From a phage: DNA of 64,000 bases. The notes below the pieces were generated by a model. It saw only the letters and a list, made by a program, of their open reading frames with translations. It had not been told where the DNA came from and ran no database searches. Shown one piece after another: positions 48,201 through 56,877 of this stretch (positions within the stretch are counted from its first letter, which is position 1; every line of letters starts with the position of its first letter). A program made the translations under genes and the position numbers. The stretch is from assembly GCA_025812035.1 (NCBI GenBank), contig GCA_025812035.1_4719.1; one strand, 5' to 3'.

Positions 48201-48883
48201 TTAACGGCGGCTATAACGGATTACGTGATGTCGAACAACGTTCTGCCTATTGGATTCAGGCGGCTAAGAATGGCACCCTGAAGAAAATGATGGACGAGTT
48301 ATCGGGATCAACATCGGGCGATCAAACTGAAGGACCAACTACCGCCGAACAGGTGAAGAACGAAGCAGCGCAGGAGGCAAACGGAACACCTGCGACAAGC
48401 AACGATCCGCAAGCTCCAGCGCCTTCTACCACCCCTGAAGCTAAACCGGCTGCGGCTGCCGGGACGGCTCCAGCACCCGGAGAAACGTCACCGACACCTG
48501 GAAGTTTCGAAACAGCAAAAGCCGCAGCAGGACAACCGGCATCAACCCCAGCACCGAGCGATTTACCGTCAAACCCCGGCGCAAATCGAGGGATATCGGT
48601 TCCGAGCACACCTACACAGGTTGCGCAGTCAGCGTCACAAACATCGGCTGCAAGCGAGAACTTCTACGGTAGCGCAGGCGAAATTCTCCGACAACAGCTG
48701 ACCACACAGCAGAACATCGAGAAGAACACTGGTAGAACGAATGAACTTATTTCGGAACTGATCCAGGCCGTTAAGGGTTCTTCTATCGGTAAGGGTTCTG
48801 CAAGTCCTTCTCAACAACAGACGATGCCGCTACCTAATCGTCCGCAAGGAATCTCTCCGACACGGACAAGGTACGCACAGTAG
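42218..48883 (+). CDS. giant virion-associated protein with C-terminal GH19 peptidoglycan-hydrolase domain (phiKZ gp181-like)
   Basis: ~2221 aa from ATG 42218 (GGAGG RBS); GH19-like block FLANIEHESGNY...YLGRGFIQVTGKANY (~47720-48290); Gly-rich hydrophobic segment; tandem ~105-aa repeat; Pro/Ala/Thr-rich tail. Confidence 0.7.
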   Translation: MVDKTRVEGDDNWDNWDEDFSLDLDFNEPKDDRKPITRFAIGAVKGAAEDLTSYERMKEIARNALPKGYSDGMDLIDSAVGSTKELYNEAVRDVLPKVQSSKRLAAQLTKKYRASMPDFSKKIIERWEQEAKEEDERKQAEAELKQRMANAGDDEIARKVAEALGESANQSADQFAEQQAKESIRDDIADKRYAVTNKQMSAMQEGVAKMVGFNNEFAARYMRKSLELKYRSLAIQRASFDQHKKLAEVYIGLLQNIQKNTALPDAAKAKMSEEFRRSAYQRFFGNALDAMSSFESRFFADVKKNLATNALGALKGVVSGANDALYGLNEARDSMSMMDGMGSEGDIKEMQGKMLGQFIGSTVAPWMANKGMMALRDLAKRHPNAKFASALKAVDQGGEAAAYTTRNIGKLLQEDIRKNEFNLNDPFYKQLLRGAGRWAFNMDSGRNFRVMNDTAETLAEQTSFDGLTYRSINEVIPGFLARILKSSEGIRTGNSDPDYEVYDGISGQFVAQRTREQSVNDTLFNKRSFGYYASRFNEVISVIDPDKQLSEKARKALAKQLARDSDANIAFDPARFTDESNFDRSIDRDAIKELSTYFRDRYGIRDHVDDKGERQQVIENRGQYYTERNRADLRYGNLKSLQPDIQRNLNLLKRTGDVQYLERIGIVTRNSDGSYSVNHDRYFSEIDQYIDRPEYADRGDVSTRLTDQETRALALGYRDAKPSTGDVQNSGLPNIDRKAAGTVTVDENIGYDKWWNDAGVITTSLEEQNRAWQELYLEALSEASEQRVEMLALLKAISEKDWSNNVSLDGEDVPEGTAPISFIDRAKQKLGTHNLFKRGRNLLWKGIKNTARLGVKGARWGAERTLGSLVNSGRRIINFNRFVFGALSKVDQVPFDIYVKGESQPRILAAKLRQGLYFDEATGKAVKRMKDIKGPLVDADGNIVISNEDIEKGLVTRAGRAFENSGLKAWAREGLNGITTVLSLPRMLKRGAVEIYKQLDKTPDVYVKGESTPRLLSMVLAAGGYFRRSDGQVIKNLEDIDGDVVDAQGNVVLTLADMQKGLVDKNGKAIRRLKEKLINFGVKAFTLPLTLLRKTKDILKTLPSKTVNGLRRMGLNFQSPDALLVGTTSGMVDRLDAIYQLLDQRMPGGDRDYRDWNGDGVREGSLEDLKRKREAKENGKDNAGKDSGKGEEKEKKRGLLGSLFDMLGDTALGKRLMASPLGKILGGLGAVLSGGASLTGLLGKGLVRGTGALVRGGLSAAGWLGRGALMAGGAALNAVGGMAGLGAFLISPVGLAIAGGALAAYAGWKIYQHFAEKPDPMQKLRLIAYGAKGDDKDFNKKLLATETYLTDHVVMTGDTIGFDPKADSEKILEIWELSLEDSDRMNEWKRWYLHRFIPVFARAYKLWKEHMPDEKKYMEMDKYPNGENKVKWSEAFIWPSDSPDGPYYVEANPLGSSGATLYIAGQDVKTLMLKQLEAIKKEYQNQIKQYSHDEAIADWSRMSDTQRKSVAPNALRGQKASLRFNDKRYNSAGAKGRQKLDATAVIESVDRRGRKWVAGGYIDELTSLRVRAYGIKVPLLSQIKVLMELEDAVEPGVVAEGKGVKYGGDLVALYKKFATKFGRDVNGKQDQDIWFAWMNNRFLPVFLTYYQQVSEMGGQGLLSDVVQNLKDSQRWEIGEALVATQYRDKKGALQPVWSWNSCGFSGTEANTTSSSTKSQLDLLKEYADKEKVREKNAEASQEDTDKLSKIQELMMKQAGYEKKDGVWQKKSRITGGMSNSEANYNPNGNKVGASSFTASATSGAGLGSTGDLTGLPNMGLQKPATGPGPEAGRRTLVKSAVKHGITDPMEMAMFLANIEHESGNYTHVREGNYKTPERLKQVFPYKFRDVQDAAQTISMGPEAVFERVYGNRKDLGNTQKGDGAKYLGRGFIQVTGKANYARLSKTLNKDLVSDPSYLETPEGAAEGSVAWWLNRGNVLRDPAKRGDVRKVRYLVNGGYNGLRDVEQRSAYWIQAAKNGTLKKMMDELSGSTSGDQTEGPTTAEQVKNEAAQEANGTPATSNDPQAPAPSTTPEAKPAAAAGTAPAPGETSPTPGSFETAKAAAGQPASTPAPSDLPSNPGANRGISVPSTPTQVAQSASQTSAASENFYGSAGEILRQQLTTQQNIEKNTGRTNELISELIQAVKGSSIGKGSASPSQQQTMPLPNRPQGISPTRTRYAQ
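44897..45540 (+). repeat. tandem duplication of a ~105-109-aa module inside the giant virion protein gene
   Basis: PFDIYVKGESQPRILAAKL... vs PDVYVKGESTPRLLSMVLA..., matching periodic D/G/K positions; diverged at nucleotide level. Confidence 0.5.
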
Positions 48884-48894
48884 TCATTAGTTAA

Positions 48895-48913
48895 GGGCGG
48901 GAGATTCCCGCCC
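48895..48913 (+). terminator. hairpin GGGCGGGA-GATT-CCCGCCC (attenuator-like)
   Basis: Between giant gene stop and downstream gene RBS; followed by TCTTCTT. Confidence 0.35.
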
Positions 48914-48932
48914 TCTTCTTGAGGAATGTTAC

Positions 48933-51074
48933 ATGGGTATTCTTGTTCAAAACGCCCTAATCACCAAACAGGCGTTTTTATTACCAGGCGATAGCAGCAC
49001 GCTTAGTGCCGACATGATTAAAGCGAGACATACACCGTATTCCTACGATAACGTCGATGATACCACCTTAGGTGGGAACTGGGTGCTTAACCCACCACCG
49101 CAATATACAAAATTTGCTGATATCAAGGAACGACGGCGTGCGGTTATGCCGGGGTCAACGGGTATGGGTCGCGGCTACAGTGAAAGCATTAACAGCTTTA
49201 AAGAAGTCGTTACGTTACGATTCGGTAAACCTCGCTTTACAGGCGCAAGTATCTTCTTCACTGATTTCTACGATGCGGATGTTGCTGTAACGGTTAAAAC
49301 AGGCCGCGATCCTGGTATTCTTTATTACGCAGCCAAAGCGTATACGACCGTTCTTTCTTACCTCACACCCCTACCTTACTTGTATATGGTTGGACGTATC
49401 GGTCGATATTTCCTGGGTAAGCCTACCAGTCAATATTACTATCAAGTACCAACCATGCATGTGTATTGGGCGTCTTTCCAGACGCTGGTAAACCAAACAG
49501 CGATGAACATGGGCCTTATCGCTGGTGCAGGTAAAGATAAAGGTTACGTGGAAGAAGGAGGTACCGTACTCCACCAATATTCAATCGGTGGTCAGGATGT
49601 TAAAGAATTCCTCAATTACGCCTCTAAGACGTTACCGGGGATTTATAAGAAAGGCGGTGGGATCGATATCTACCAGATTGCGACACGACGTCAGCGTATA
49701 CAGAACGCGTGGGTACGTCGTATTCAATCCATGATGGAAAACGATTACTCGTCTTACGAGGAGTTCTGGAACGATCTTGATAAACGACTTGATAGCGGAG
49801 CATTTCCATCGGATGTTACCGGTCGTACGCTAACGCAGTATCTTGCCGACACACAGAAGTCTGCTGTTTACAGCGCGACAGCGGGTGATAATAAACAAAC
49901 GATGGACGACCTTTTATTCGGAAGAGCTTCATACACCAATAAAGATGCTGATGCCAACTTCAAAGTTTCAGCGGCTACCTCCGATGGTGGCACATCAGCG
50001 CAAAGCCAGGGTACCACAGCCAACGTAGGTAACTCAACATCAGGAACAACGCAAGCGTCGACAGCAGCGTCAACGGCTGGAGGTGCGAACGTACAGAGCA
50101 AAGGAATCGGGCAAACGAACGCCGCCGAAGAAGCTACGTTTCTTGATCTGATGGATGCTGAATTGGCTGACGGTGCTCAGTTTATCAGTTTTCGAGTCGA
50201 CTCTGTCACCAGCGTAACCGAAACGTTTTCAAACAGCGCTTCAGAAAGTTCGATCGCACAGACGATGAATAGCCGCGCGCAGGCGAACATCGAACGTCGT
50301 TTCACTCTTTCAGGTGGCAATACTGGATGGGCTGTACTGGACGAAGCAATCAAAGCCGGTTCCGATCTCGTTAACGGTGCTATTTCCGGGATGGGTCTGG
50401 ACGGTATTTTTGGTGCCTTCATGGGTTCCGGTTTTGCAGACATTCCGAAATTCTATTCTGGATCGTCGGTTAGTCTTCCACGTGCAGATCTGACGATGGA
50501 ATTACGTTCCTGGAGTGGGGATCGCTGGTCGATCTTTACAAACCTCATGGTACCTCTTTTAGCCATTCTTGCAGGTGGTTTACCTCAGGCTACCGGTAAA
50601 TCGTCCTACGGGATGCCATTCATGTGCGAATGTTATATTCCTGGTAAAGTCCAGATTAAAATGGGCCTTATCGACAATATCACCGTAACGCGCCATGTTG
50701 GTAACGTACCTTCAACACGTGAACGGTTACCATTAGGTATCGACGTCAGCTTCAGCGTTTATGACCTCTCGTCTATCGTCGCAATGCCGATCACGACGAC
50801 AGCCGCATCGATTGCAAAATTAGATCCTCGTGGCTTCTTAAGTGATCTTCTTGCTGACGATACGCCACTCAACAACTATCTTGCTGTGTTATCGGCATTG
50901 ACACTTACGGAACAAGTTTACATGATTCCTGATTTAAGTCGTCGCATGCATAAAACCATGGCCGATATCGATAGTTTCTGGAGTAAAGGTAATTTTGCTA
51001 GCTGGTTGTCTGACACCATGCCTGGCAGGATAGCATCAGGGCTGTTATGGAAACGTACAGAACGACCGTTCTGA
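48933..51074 (+). CDS. hypothetical protein (possible virion protein)
   Basis: 713 aa, GAGGAA RBS, co-oriented downstream of giant gene, followed by hairpin. Confidence 0.55.
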   Translation: MGILVQNALITKQAFLLPGDSSTLSADMIKARHTPYSYDNVDDTTLGGNWVLNPPPQYTKFADIKERRRAVMPGSTGMGRGYSESINSFKEVVTLRFGKPRFTGASIFFTDFYDADVAVTVKTGRDPGILYYAAKAYTTVLSYLTPLPYLYMVGRIGRYFLGKPTSQYYYQVPTMHVYWASFQTLVNQTAMNMGLIAGAGKDKGYVEEGGTVLHQYSIGGQDVKEFLNYASKTLPGIYKKGGGIDIYQIATRRQRIQNAWVRRIQSMMENDYSSYEEFWNDLDKRLDSGAFPSDVTGRTLTQYLADTQKSAVYSATAGDNKQTMDDLLFGRASYTNKDADANFKVSAATSDGGTSAQSQGTTANVGNSTSGTTQASTAASTAGGANVQSKGIGQTNAAEEATFLDLMDAELADGAQFISFRVDSVTSVTETFSNSASESSIAQTMNSRAQANIERRFTLSGGNTGWAVLDEAIKAGSDLVNGAISGMGLDGIFGAFMGSGFADIPKFYSGSSVSLPRADLTMELRSWSGDRWSIFTNLMVPLLAILAGGLPQATGKSSYGMPFMCECYIPGKVQIKMGLIDNITVTRHVGNVPSTRERLPLGIDVSFSVYDLSSIVAMPITTTAASIAKLDPRGFLSDLLADDTPLNNYLAVLSALTLTEQVYMIPDLSRRMHKTMADIDSFWSKGNFASWLSDTMPGRIASGLLWKRTERPF

Positions 51075-51089
51075 TATTCACCGCATAAA

Positions 51090-51122
51090 CCCCTCTCCCA
51101 ACCCGTAAGGGAAGGGAGAGGG
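51090..51122. terminator. bidirectional hairpin terminator (GTAA-capped family, copy 2)
   Basis: CCCTCTCCC-AA-CCC-GTAA-GGG-AA-GGGAGAGGG between convergent genes. Confidence 0.5.
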
Positions 51123-51128
51123 AATATG

Positions 51129-52196
51129 TTAACCTAACGTCACCGTCGGTAAATCAGGATAAAGTTTCTTCAATCCCGCCATCGTGGTGGTAGTTGTGTA
51201 ATTCTTACCCATCACAGCGAGAGATGCGTATTTCTTGCTGCGTGAGAAAAGGGAATAGAATCCACTGGATGTTTCCATCCACATCGTGAGGAGTTCTGCA
51301 TCTTTACCGTGATAGTTCGTTTTCCCCCATCCGGGTTTAAACGCGTCAGCAAAATCAATTAAACGCGATGCTTCAGTGTCGTATTCTTTAAGGGCAACAT
51401 ACGGCGGGATACGGTAGTTACGAAACAGCAACGTAATGAGTTCGGGAACAACGCTACGGGCACGTTCAGCAGTAATGAGTTCGGTGATAACAGCAGCCGT
51501 ACGGAAATCGCCGTTAAGACCAACACTGCTTAACGATTCCGCTAAAGTGGTTGCCATCGCTACTTTATCCTCCGCTGACCCAGAGTCGTACAAACTACGT
51601 ACATCGATATAATTGCCTGCTAATGCGGCTTGTCGAATCAGCGACGTGACAACCGTCCGGTTCGTCTTATAGTCGTTGTAGCTGAATTCGGTTCGCGTTT
51701 TCCCTTGATCGTCGAGATACCGGTCAACAATCGTAGACAGTTTATAATACTCATCGCCCGACATCAGACTGTCGAGAAGTTTAACGTTTCCATCTTTATC
51801 GATAAGCTTCCCTAGCGCACCATTGGATTGCTGGTTAATGGTACTGTATATCTGATCTTTTACTTGCGATAAGATGTTATCCGTCGACGATATATTCAGA
51901 CCTGTGACATCTTTGATCTTATTCATCAACGCGTTTTCATTCAGGGAGATTTTACCTCCGCTGATATCGATGAAAGCGTTAAGATCGCTTATGGAAATCA
52001 GGTTTCCTGTTAGTGCCGATAACGTACTATTGATACTGTTCGTAATACTGCTACGAAAACTGGTTAACGCATCCGCAGCTGAAACAGCGGTACCGCTAAC
52101 CGCTTTAAGGAGCGTATCACGCCCTGTCGAAAAATCGCTGGTGATGGTTTTGATCTTGGACGTATCTATACTCGGCAGTTTGTCGTAAAGACTCAT
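51129..52196 (-). CDS. Ser/Thr-rich hypothetical protein
   Basis: Start trimmed to ATG 52196 (AGGAGGA RBS); terminator/TATGCCGT module upstream. Confidence 0.5.
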   Translation of the reverse strand: MSLYDKLPSIDTSKIKTITSDFSTGRDTLLKAVSGTAVSAADALTSFRSSITNSINSTLSALTGNLISISDLNAFIDISGGKISLNENALMNKIKDVTGLNISSTDNILSQVKDQIYSTINQQSNGALGKLIDKDGNVKLLDSLMSGDEYYKLSTIVDRYLDDQGKTRTEFSYNDYKTNRTVVTSLIRQAALAGNYIDVRSLYDSGSAEDKVAMATTLAESLSSVGLNGDFRTAAVITELITAERARSVVPELITLLFRNYRIPPYVALKEYDTEASRLIDFADAFKPGWGKTNYHGKDAELLTMWMETSSGFYSLFSRSKKYASLAVMGKNYTTTTTMAGLKKLYPDLPTVTLG

Positions 52197-52226
52197 CACG
52201 TCCTCCTGAAAAAGAAAAAAAGAAAT

Positions 52227-52263
52227 ACGGCATAAAGCCTACCCACACAATGGTGGGTAGGCT
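52227..52263 (-). terminator. hairpin plus U-tract with TATGCCGT module
   Basis: Stem GCCTACCCAC/GTGGGTAGGC; minus-sense followed by CTTTATGCCGTATTTCTTTTTTTC. Confidence 0.55.
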
Positions 52264-52279
52264 AAGATCAACATCGATG

Positions 52280-52792
52280 TTAAACTTCTTCGTTTTCTGA
52301 ACCTAATGATTCAGCATCTGGATCGTCAACAGGAATTGTTGCATCAAAATACCGTTTCGTGTGCGTGGTTGTATATCCTACGCTATCTGTGATGGAAATC
52401 GTAAACGTGACTTCTCTCGCACGGATTAAGCGTAGTTTATTCATGAAGTTACGGAACGGCATCGATCCCCGATTCAACTCCTTAATGACGTTTCCTCGAA
52501 TACTGGAAATGTCTTTATTCGTCTTATCAGGATGTCGTTTCTTCACATCACGCATGTGTCGGGTAATATACGAATTGAGCTGATTTGCGCCGATCCCTCT
52601 CTCCGTATAAATCTGCAACAGGAACTCCGTAAGGAAATCCTGTCTACCCGTAGGCGTCCAGAAATTGTTACCGTGATTGTAGTTAGTCGCTCGTCCTCGA
52701 TTGCTTTGAGGACTTTCATCATCGTTTTCGTCGCGGCGCTTAAGCGGATTAATGCGTGCGCGAAAAGAGACTTCATTATATTTATCTATCAT
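52280..52792 (-). CDS. hypothetical protein
   Basis: Start trimmed to ATG 52792 (ATGA overlap with upstream stop). Confidence 0.45.
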   Translation of the reverse strand: MIDKYNEVSFRARINPLKRRDENDDESPQSNRGRATNYNHGNNFWTPTGRQDFLTEFLLQIYTERGIGANQLNSYITRHMRDVKKRHPDKTNKDISSIRGNVIKELNRGSMPFRNFMNKLRLIRAREVTFTISITDSVGYTTTHTKRYFDATIPVDDPDAESLGSENEEV

Positions 52793-53304
52793 AATACACC
52801 AGTGTACTGACTGAGTGCGAAGGTTAGGAGTTCGCAACAGTCTCTCGCTAGTTTCCTTGTTTTGCGTAATCCATAAGCCGCATCCAAATCGTCACGTTCC
52901 GCCAGCGCGTCTAACCACGTCGCAAGTATGCGTCCATACTCGATAACGTCACGCATGAGAACGTCGAACTGGATAACACGACCATCGGCATCAGCAAGCC
53001 AACGATTGAATGTGATTTGTGGTGCTAGTATTGCATATGTTCTCTCCTCTAATGCTATTACGTTTATGTTGCCTTCGTTATCGAACGCTTGATGCCAACG
53101 GCGAAGGTCAAGCATCAGCGACTCAGCGTCCATATACCACAACGGTAAATACGTTTTACGTGCAACGCGTATATCGTAGATGTTGTGAACCCAAGACGTT
53201 GTTTTGTAAAGCAACAAGAGTTCGTTTAACCGTTGCCTATCGTCTTGAAACGTCTTCCTTTTATACCGTTGGAATGCACGCCTCAAGAAAAAGCGATGTA
53301 ACAT
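52789..53304 (-). CDS. hypothetical protein (likely early)
   Basis: 171 aa, TAGGTGA RBS; early-promoter-like motif copy C ~90 nt upstream. Confidence 0.5.
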   Translation of the reverse strand: MLHRFFLRRAFQRYKRKTFQDDRQRLNELLLLYKTTSWVHNIYDIRVARKTYLPLWYMDAESLMLDLRRWHQAFDNEGNINVIALEERTYAILAPQITFNRWLADADGRVIQFDVLMRDVIEYGRILATWLDALAERDDLDAAYGLRKTRKLARDCCELLTFALSQYTGVL

Positions 53305-53392
53305 GGCATCACCTATGTATCATTCTTGCAGGCATCAATGAAACCATCACAAGAAGGTAACGTTTTACGTCGCCTTCATGACAGTCATCATG

Positions 53393-53425
53393 AAGGTAAT
53401 ATAGTCCTGTTATTTTTTTCAATCC
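53393..53425 (-). promoter_or_regulatory. early-promoter-like motif, copy C
   Basis: AAGGTAATATAGTCCTGTTATTTTTTTCAATCC; overlapped by 9-bp inverted repeat CCTTCATGA/TCATGAAGG (53373-53396). Confidence 0.4.
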
Positions 53426-53438
53426 GGAGAATGTAATA

Positions 53439-54068
53439 ATGAGCGAATACGGTGTTGTCCCTGTAGATGATGAACCGCAAGAGGCACCCGATAAATTCGA
53501 GGTCCGCCTTGACGAAACCCGCAATATCCGTCAACGATTTATTCAACGCCTTGAAATGCTGTTGGATAGCGAATTCAAGGAATTTGAGCATAATCCTGGC
53601 GCTGATAACAAAGCCATCGTCGACGTCGAAAACGTCGACCGTATAGGTAAGCTGCTATTGAAATCGTTGGGTGATAACGATAAAGTCGACCTAACGCTGA
53701 AACGTATCAGTGCTGACCAGGCCATGAACGACAGCGCATTGAAAACAGCACAAGCCCTAACCGAAACCATGCTGCGCCGCTTAGGTCAGTTGGATCAACA
53801 TCCTCTCGCAGCAGGGGCTGTTTATGAAGGCGAAGTCGTGAAGCCAGTCACGCCTGAGGAACGCGATCGTCGACTTGGTTTTGCGTCATTGGAAGAGTTC
53901 AATAGCAAAGAGTTCTCACCAGGCATTCTCATCCAGGGACGTGTTGAAGAAACCAGTGACGCTTTCTATGCTAGAATGGCTCAACTGACGGCGTCGGTTC
54001 GTGAGGAGGTATCTCAGAAGATGGCTGCAGATCATCAGTCTTCGGAGGCGTCACACGAGGAGGAATAA
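53439..54068 (+). CDS. acidic hypothetical protein
   Basis: 209 aa, GGAG RBS; acidic C-terminal tail. Confidence 0.5.
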   Translation: MSEYGVVPVDDEPQEAPDKFEVRLDETRNIRQRFIQRLEMLLDSEFKEFEHNPGADNKAIVDVENVDRIGKLLLKSLGDNDKVDLTLKRISADQAMNDSALKTAQALTETMLRRLGQLDQHPLAAGAVYEGEVVKPVTPEERDRRLGFASLEEFNSKEFSPGILIQGRVEETSDAFYARMAQLTASVREEVSQKMAADHQSSEASHEEE

Positions 54069-54759
54069 AATAACTGAACCATTTTATTCCAAAGAACCGC
54101 ATGAACATCACAGGCGCATTAGAAAGCTCGATTGCTTCGTAAAGTTTGTCATAAGCCAGATCAGAATCAGGGATGGTTTCGCTGATTCGTCTGGCTACAA
54201 CCAATACATTACAAATCGGGTTGTCTTCTAACAGCATCTGATTGGGGAGGTGCCACCGTTTGAAATCGTAAAAGAACATCGCGTTATACGTCTTACGGAT
54301 TTCTGATGGATGCAGTGTAGCCGGATGACGATAAATAATCTCAACGCTATCTTGCGCGCCGAGATATTGTTGGACGCCTTCTTTTAACGCAATAGCGGCA
54401 TCTCCCACAAATTCAAACGGATACGTGTTCACATGAACCGAGAAATCCGGTGCTGCAATCCCCGTCAAGCGGTCTTTCATGTAATCAGCGACCACGTAAC
54501 ATAATCGCCACATCAACTCCGTCGGAATGCATTTATCGAGAATGGTTTCGTCGATATTTGCCAACGCGTTCTTAAACTCTTCGTAAGTATAAGTAACTCC
54601 CGCCTGTTTCTCCGGCTCCAGGTTATAGGGTCGGTAATGCCATTTCTTCCCCCACTTCCCGATAGCCTTCGGATCCAACGTTGTTGCCACCGCCATTTCG
54701 ATATCGAGCAGCGCCTCGAGTTCCACATACACCGTCACTAACGCCGCACTTCCAGTCAT
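53971..54759 (-). CDS. hypothetical protein (3' end overlaps convergent gene by 98 nt; C-terminus doubtful)
   Basis: 262-aa ORF; ATGA-coupled to upstream gene. Confidence 0.4.
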   Translation of the reverse strand: MTGSAALVTVYVELEALLDIEMAVATTLDPKAIGKWGKKWHYRPYNLEPEKQAGVTYTYEEFKNALANIDETILDKCIPTELMWRLCYVVADYMKDRLTGIAAPDFSVHVNTYPFEFVGDAAIALKEGVQQYLGAQDSVEIIYRHPATLHPSEIRKTYNAMFFYDFKRWHLPNQMLLEDNPICNVLVVARRISETIPDSDLAYDKLYEAIELSNAPVMFMRFFGIKWFSYFIPPRVTPPKTDDLQPSSEIPPHEPTPSVEPF

Positions 54760-55463
54760 CGCTGCTCTCCAGATTCACCAGTTACCATCTGCATATCGGG
54801 AGACATTTTAATTTTCTTCTCGTACTCTTTTGTTTGTTTGAATACCAGCTCACCGATTTCTTCCAATTCTTCAACGGTGACCGTATGCAAATAGAGCAAC
54901 GGAATAATCCAGGTATTCGCATGAAGCATGTCCTGAATATCGTCAACGGTGGGTAACTCCGTAAAGAACTGTTCGTCTACCGCGAATAAATCCCGTGCGA
55001 TGCCATCCACCAGTTTATGATTGCTTTCATGAATCCATGCAAAACTTTCAGCAAGATGGTCAACCAACATTTTGATGTCATCGTCCGTTGAGAATACCGT
55101 ACGACGAACGTGCGTTGTGAGATCCATTGTGAAGCCCATTAACGAAGGGGTTTCCTCGGAACGGAGTTCACGCCAAAGACGGAGCATGTTTTCAGGGATA
55201 AACAAATCATGGATGAACGTTACACTGAATTTCGTAATCCAATCACGAATCGTCGCCCCTTTGGAATATTGTTGCGGTGGAGAATACAAATACACCCAGC
55301 GTTTTGTATACTCAATAACTTCCTTTCGCATCACGGCATCTAAAACAAGCACGTAACGATCGGAAGCAAGCTCTTCTAATAAAAGCTCGAATGCGGTATC
55401 ACTCTCTGGGGAGAACGATCGTTTTATTTCTGCGATACGCCGTGATAACTGACTACGTAACAT
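54756..55463 (-). CDS. hypothetical protein
   Basis: 235-aa ORF. Confidence 0.5.
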   Translation of the reverse strand: MLRSQLSRRIAEIKRSFSPESDTAFELLLEELASDRYVLVLDAVMRKEVIEYTKRWVYLYSPPQQYSKGATIRDWITKFSVTFIHDLFIPENMLRLWRELRSEETPSLMGFTMDLTTHVRRTVFSTDDDIKMLVDHLAESFAWIHESNHKLVDGIARDLFAVDEQFFTELPTVDDIQDMLHANTWIIPLLYLHTVTVEELEEIGELVFKQTKEYEKKIKMSPDMQMVTGESGEQR

Positions 55464-55465
55464 GA

Positions 55466-56140
55466 TTAGCCCTCATCGAGGTTGTTCTGGAGATGCATCG
55501 CGGTGAGAATAACGCCAACAGCGGAAACCGATTTTGCTTTACTGTCTTCAGGGAGCTGTTCCAAGCTTACAGTACCTGTTTCTAGCAACATGCGGTTCAT
55601 TGCGTTGAACTTCTTATCATCACCACCACGAGCCTGCATCAACTCTCGGTTCACGTTCGGCATCGAGCGTCCTAACGTCGCTTGCATCTCCGGTTGACTC
55701 CAAGTAGAACCTTTACTATCACCAGTCGGCTGATTGGTGAGCTGGTCCTTGGTGTTGTTGTTTTTCGGAATCGATATTTTAGCGCTCAACGTTTCGGCTT
55801 GCCGACGATTTGGAATCAGGTACAATCTGGTTGGACGATCACGAAGCACCAATTGTCCTGTTTTCTGATCGGTGAGATAAATGCGTTGGAAGAAAGGGAA
55901 ACCGTATTTCTTACCGACTTCCAACGCACGTTTTATCGTCACCTCGTTTTTGTTCATATTGGGTACCCAGATGGGTAGAATCTCTTTCTTATCCCGACAT
56001 AAACGCATATAAGCATCAAACGTCTCATCATCGATTTCAGCGAAACGTTTTTTGTAAATAGCGTATGTCGGGCTCGATTCTCCCACCAGGTCTTTGATGT
56101 ACCCGAGAATGAATTTTTCTGCTGCAGCGCGGTTGGACAT
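55466..56140 (-). CDS. hypothetical protein
   Basis: 224-aa ORF. Confidence 0.5.
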   Translation of the reverse strand: MSNRAAAEKFILGYIKDLVGESSPTYAIYKKRFAEIDDETFDAYMRLCRDKKEILPIWVPNMNKNEVTIKRALEVGKKYGFPFFQRIYLTDQKTGQLVLRDRPTRLYLIPNRRQAETLSAKISIPKNNNTKDQLTNQPTGDSKGSTWSQPEMQATLGRSMPNVNRELMQARGGDDKKFNAMNRMLLETGTVSLEQLPEDSKAKSVSAVGVILTAMHLQNNLDEG

Positions 56141-56149
56141 AAACGTCTC

Positions 56150-56491
56150 CTATTGTCGTGTCTGTTGCGGAAATACCCGAAACACCTGGACAATGATGTT
56201 CTTGTCCTCGCGGTTGGCGATGTCGATCATGTGTTTTGTTCCAGGACTTTTGAAATCCCAGAACGCAATTAAATGCGTAATGACATCGCCCATCCACTCA
56301 TTGCGTCTGAATCCAGCACCTTTACGATAAGGACCATCCCAATCGGCAGGAAACGTGGTATATTTAAACCCGTAATCCTTCGCATAGCGGCGCACATGCA
56401 AATCAGCACCCGAATGCGCACCGCCAGCAATGAGATGAACTTTGTCGTGGGGAAGGTTATGTAACATCTGGTTCATGCGCTTTTCGAACAA
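56150..56491 (-). CDS. putative SLOG-superfamily (DprA/YpsA-like) Rossmann-fold protein
   Basis: 113 aa; HLIAGGAHSGADLHVRRYA resembles the GxARGxDxxAH nucleotide-binding loop of DprA/SLOG proteins. Confidence 0.3.
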   Translation of the reverse strand: MFEKRMNQMLHNLPHDKVHLIAGGAHSGADLHVRRYAKDYGFKYTTFPADWDGPYRKGAGFRRNEWMGDVITHLIAFWDFKSPGTKHMIDIANREDKNIIVQVFRVFPQQTRQ

Positions 56492-56544
56492 GGGATAATC
56501 ATCCCAGTAGCGTGATCCCGATACCCCTACACGATAGGGTTCGC

Positions 56545-56865
56545 TTATCTTCCACCGCGCAATGACTTTACGTTGCGTGCAATAAAGGGTGCAACGTAGT
56601 CACGGAAATTATGGATCCATCCTTTAATGGGTTGGTTGTCTAGCAAGCACTCTCGCACCGAGAACGTACTTACTTCTAATACGCCGAACTGCAGTCGCCA
56701 ATAACGATTGATTTCGGCTTGGGCATGTTCTAAAGTCATGTACTCGGGAACACGAGCCAGTAGGTCATGTTTAAATTGCTCGGCAATCGCTGGTTGATGC
56801 GATGCAATTGTCTGTGTGATAACATCAACCAGCTCGTGCGCATGCTTAATAGCAGGTGCGGTCAT
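56545..56865 (-). CDS. hypothetical protein
   Basis: 106-aa ORF. Confidence 0.45.
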   Translation of the reverse strand: MTAPAIKHAHELVDVITQTIASHQPAIAEQFKHDLLARVPEYMTLEHAQAEINRYWRLQFGVLEVSTFSVRECLLDNQPIKGWIHNFRDYVAPFIARNVKSLRGGR

Positions 56866-56877
56866 TTATTCAGCCTT

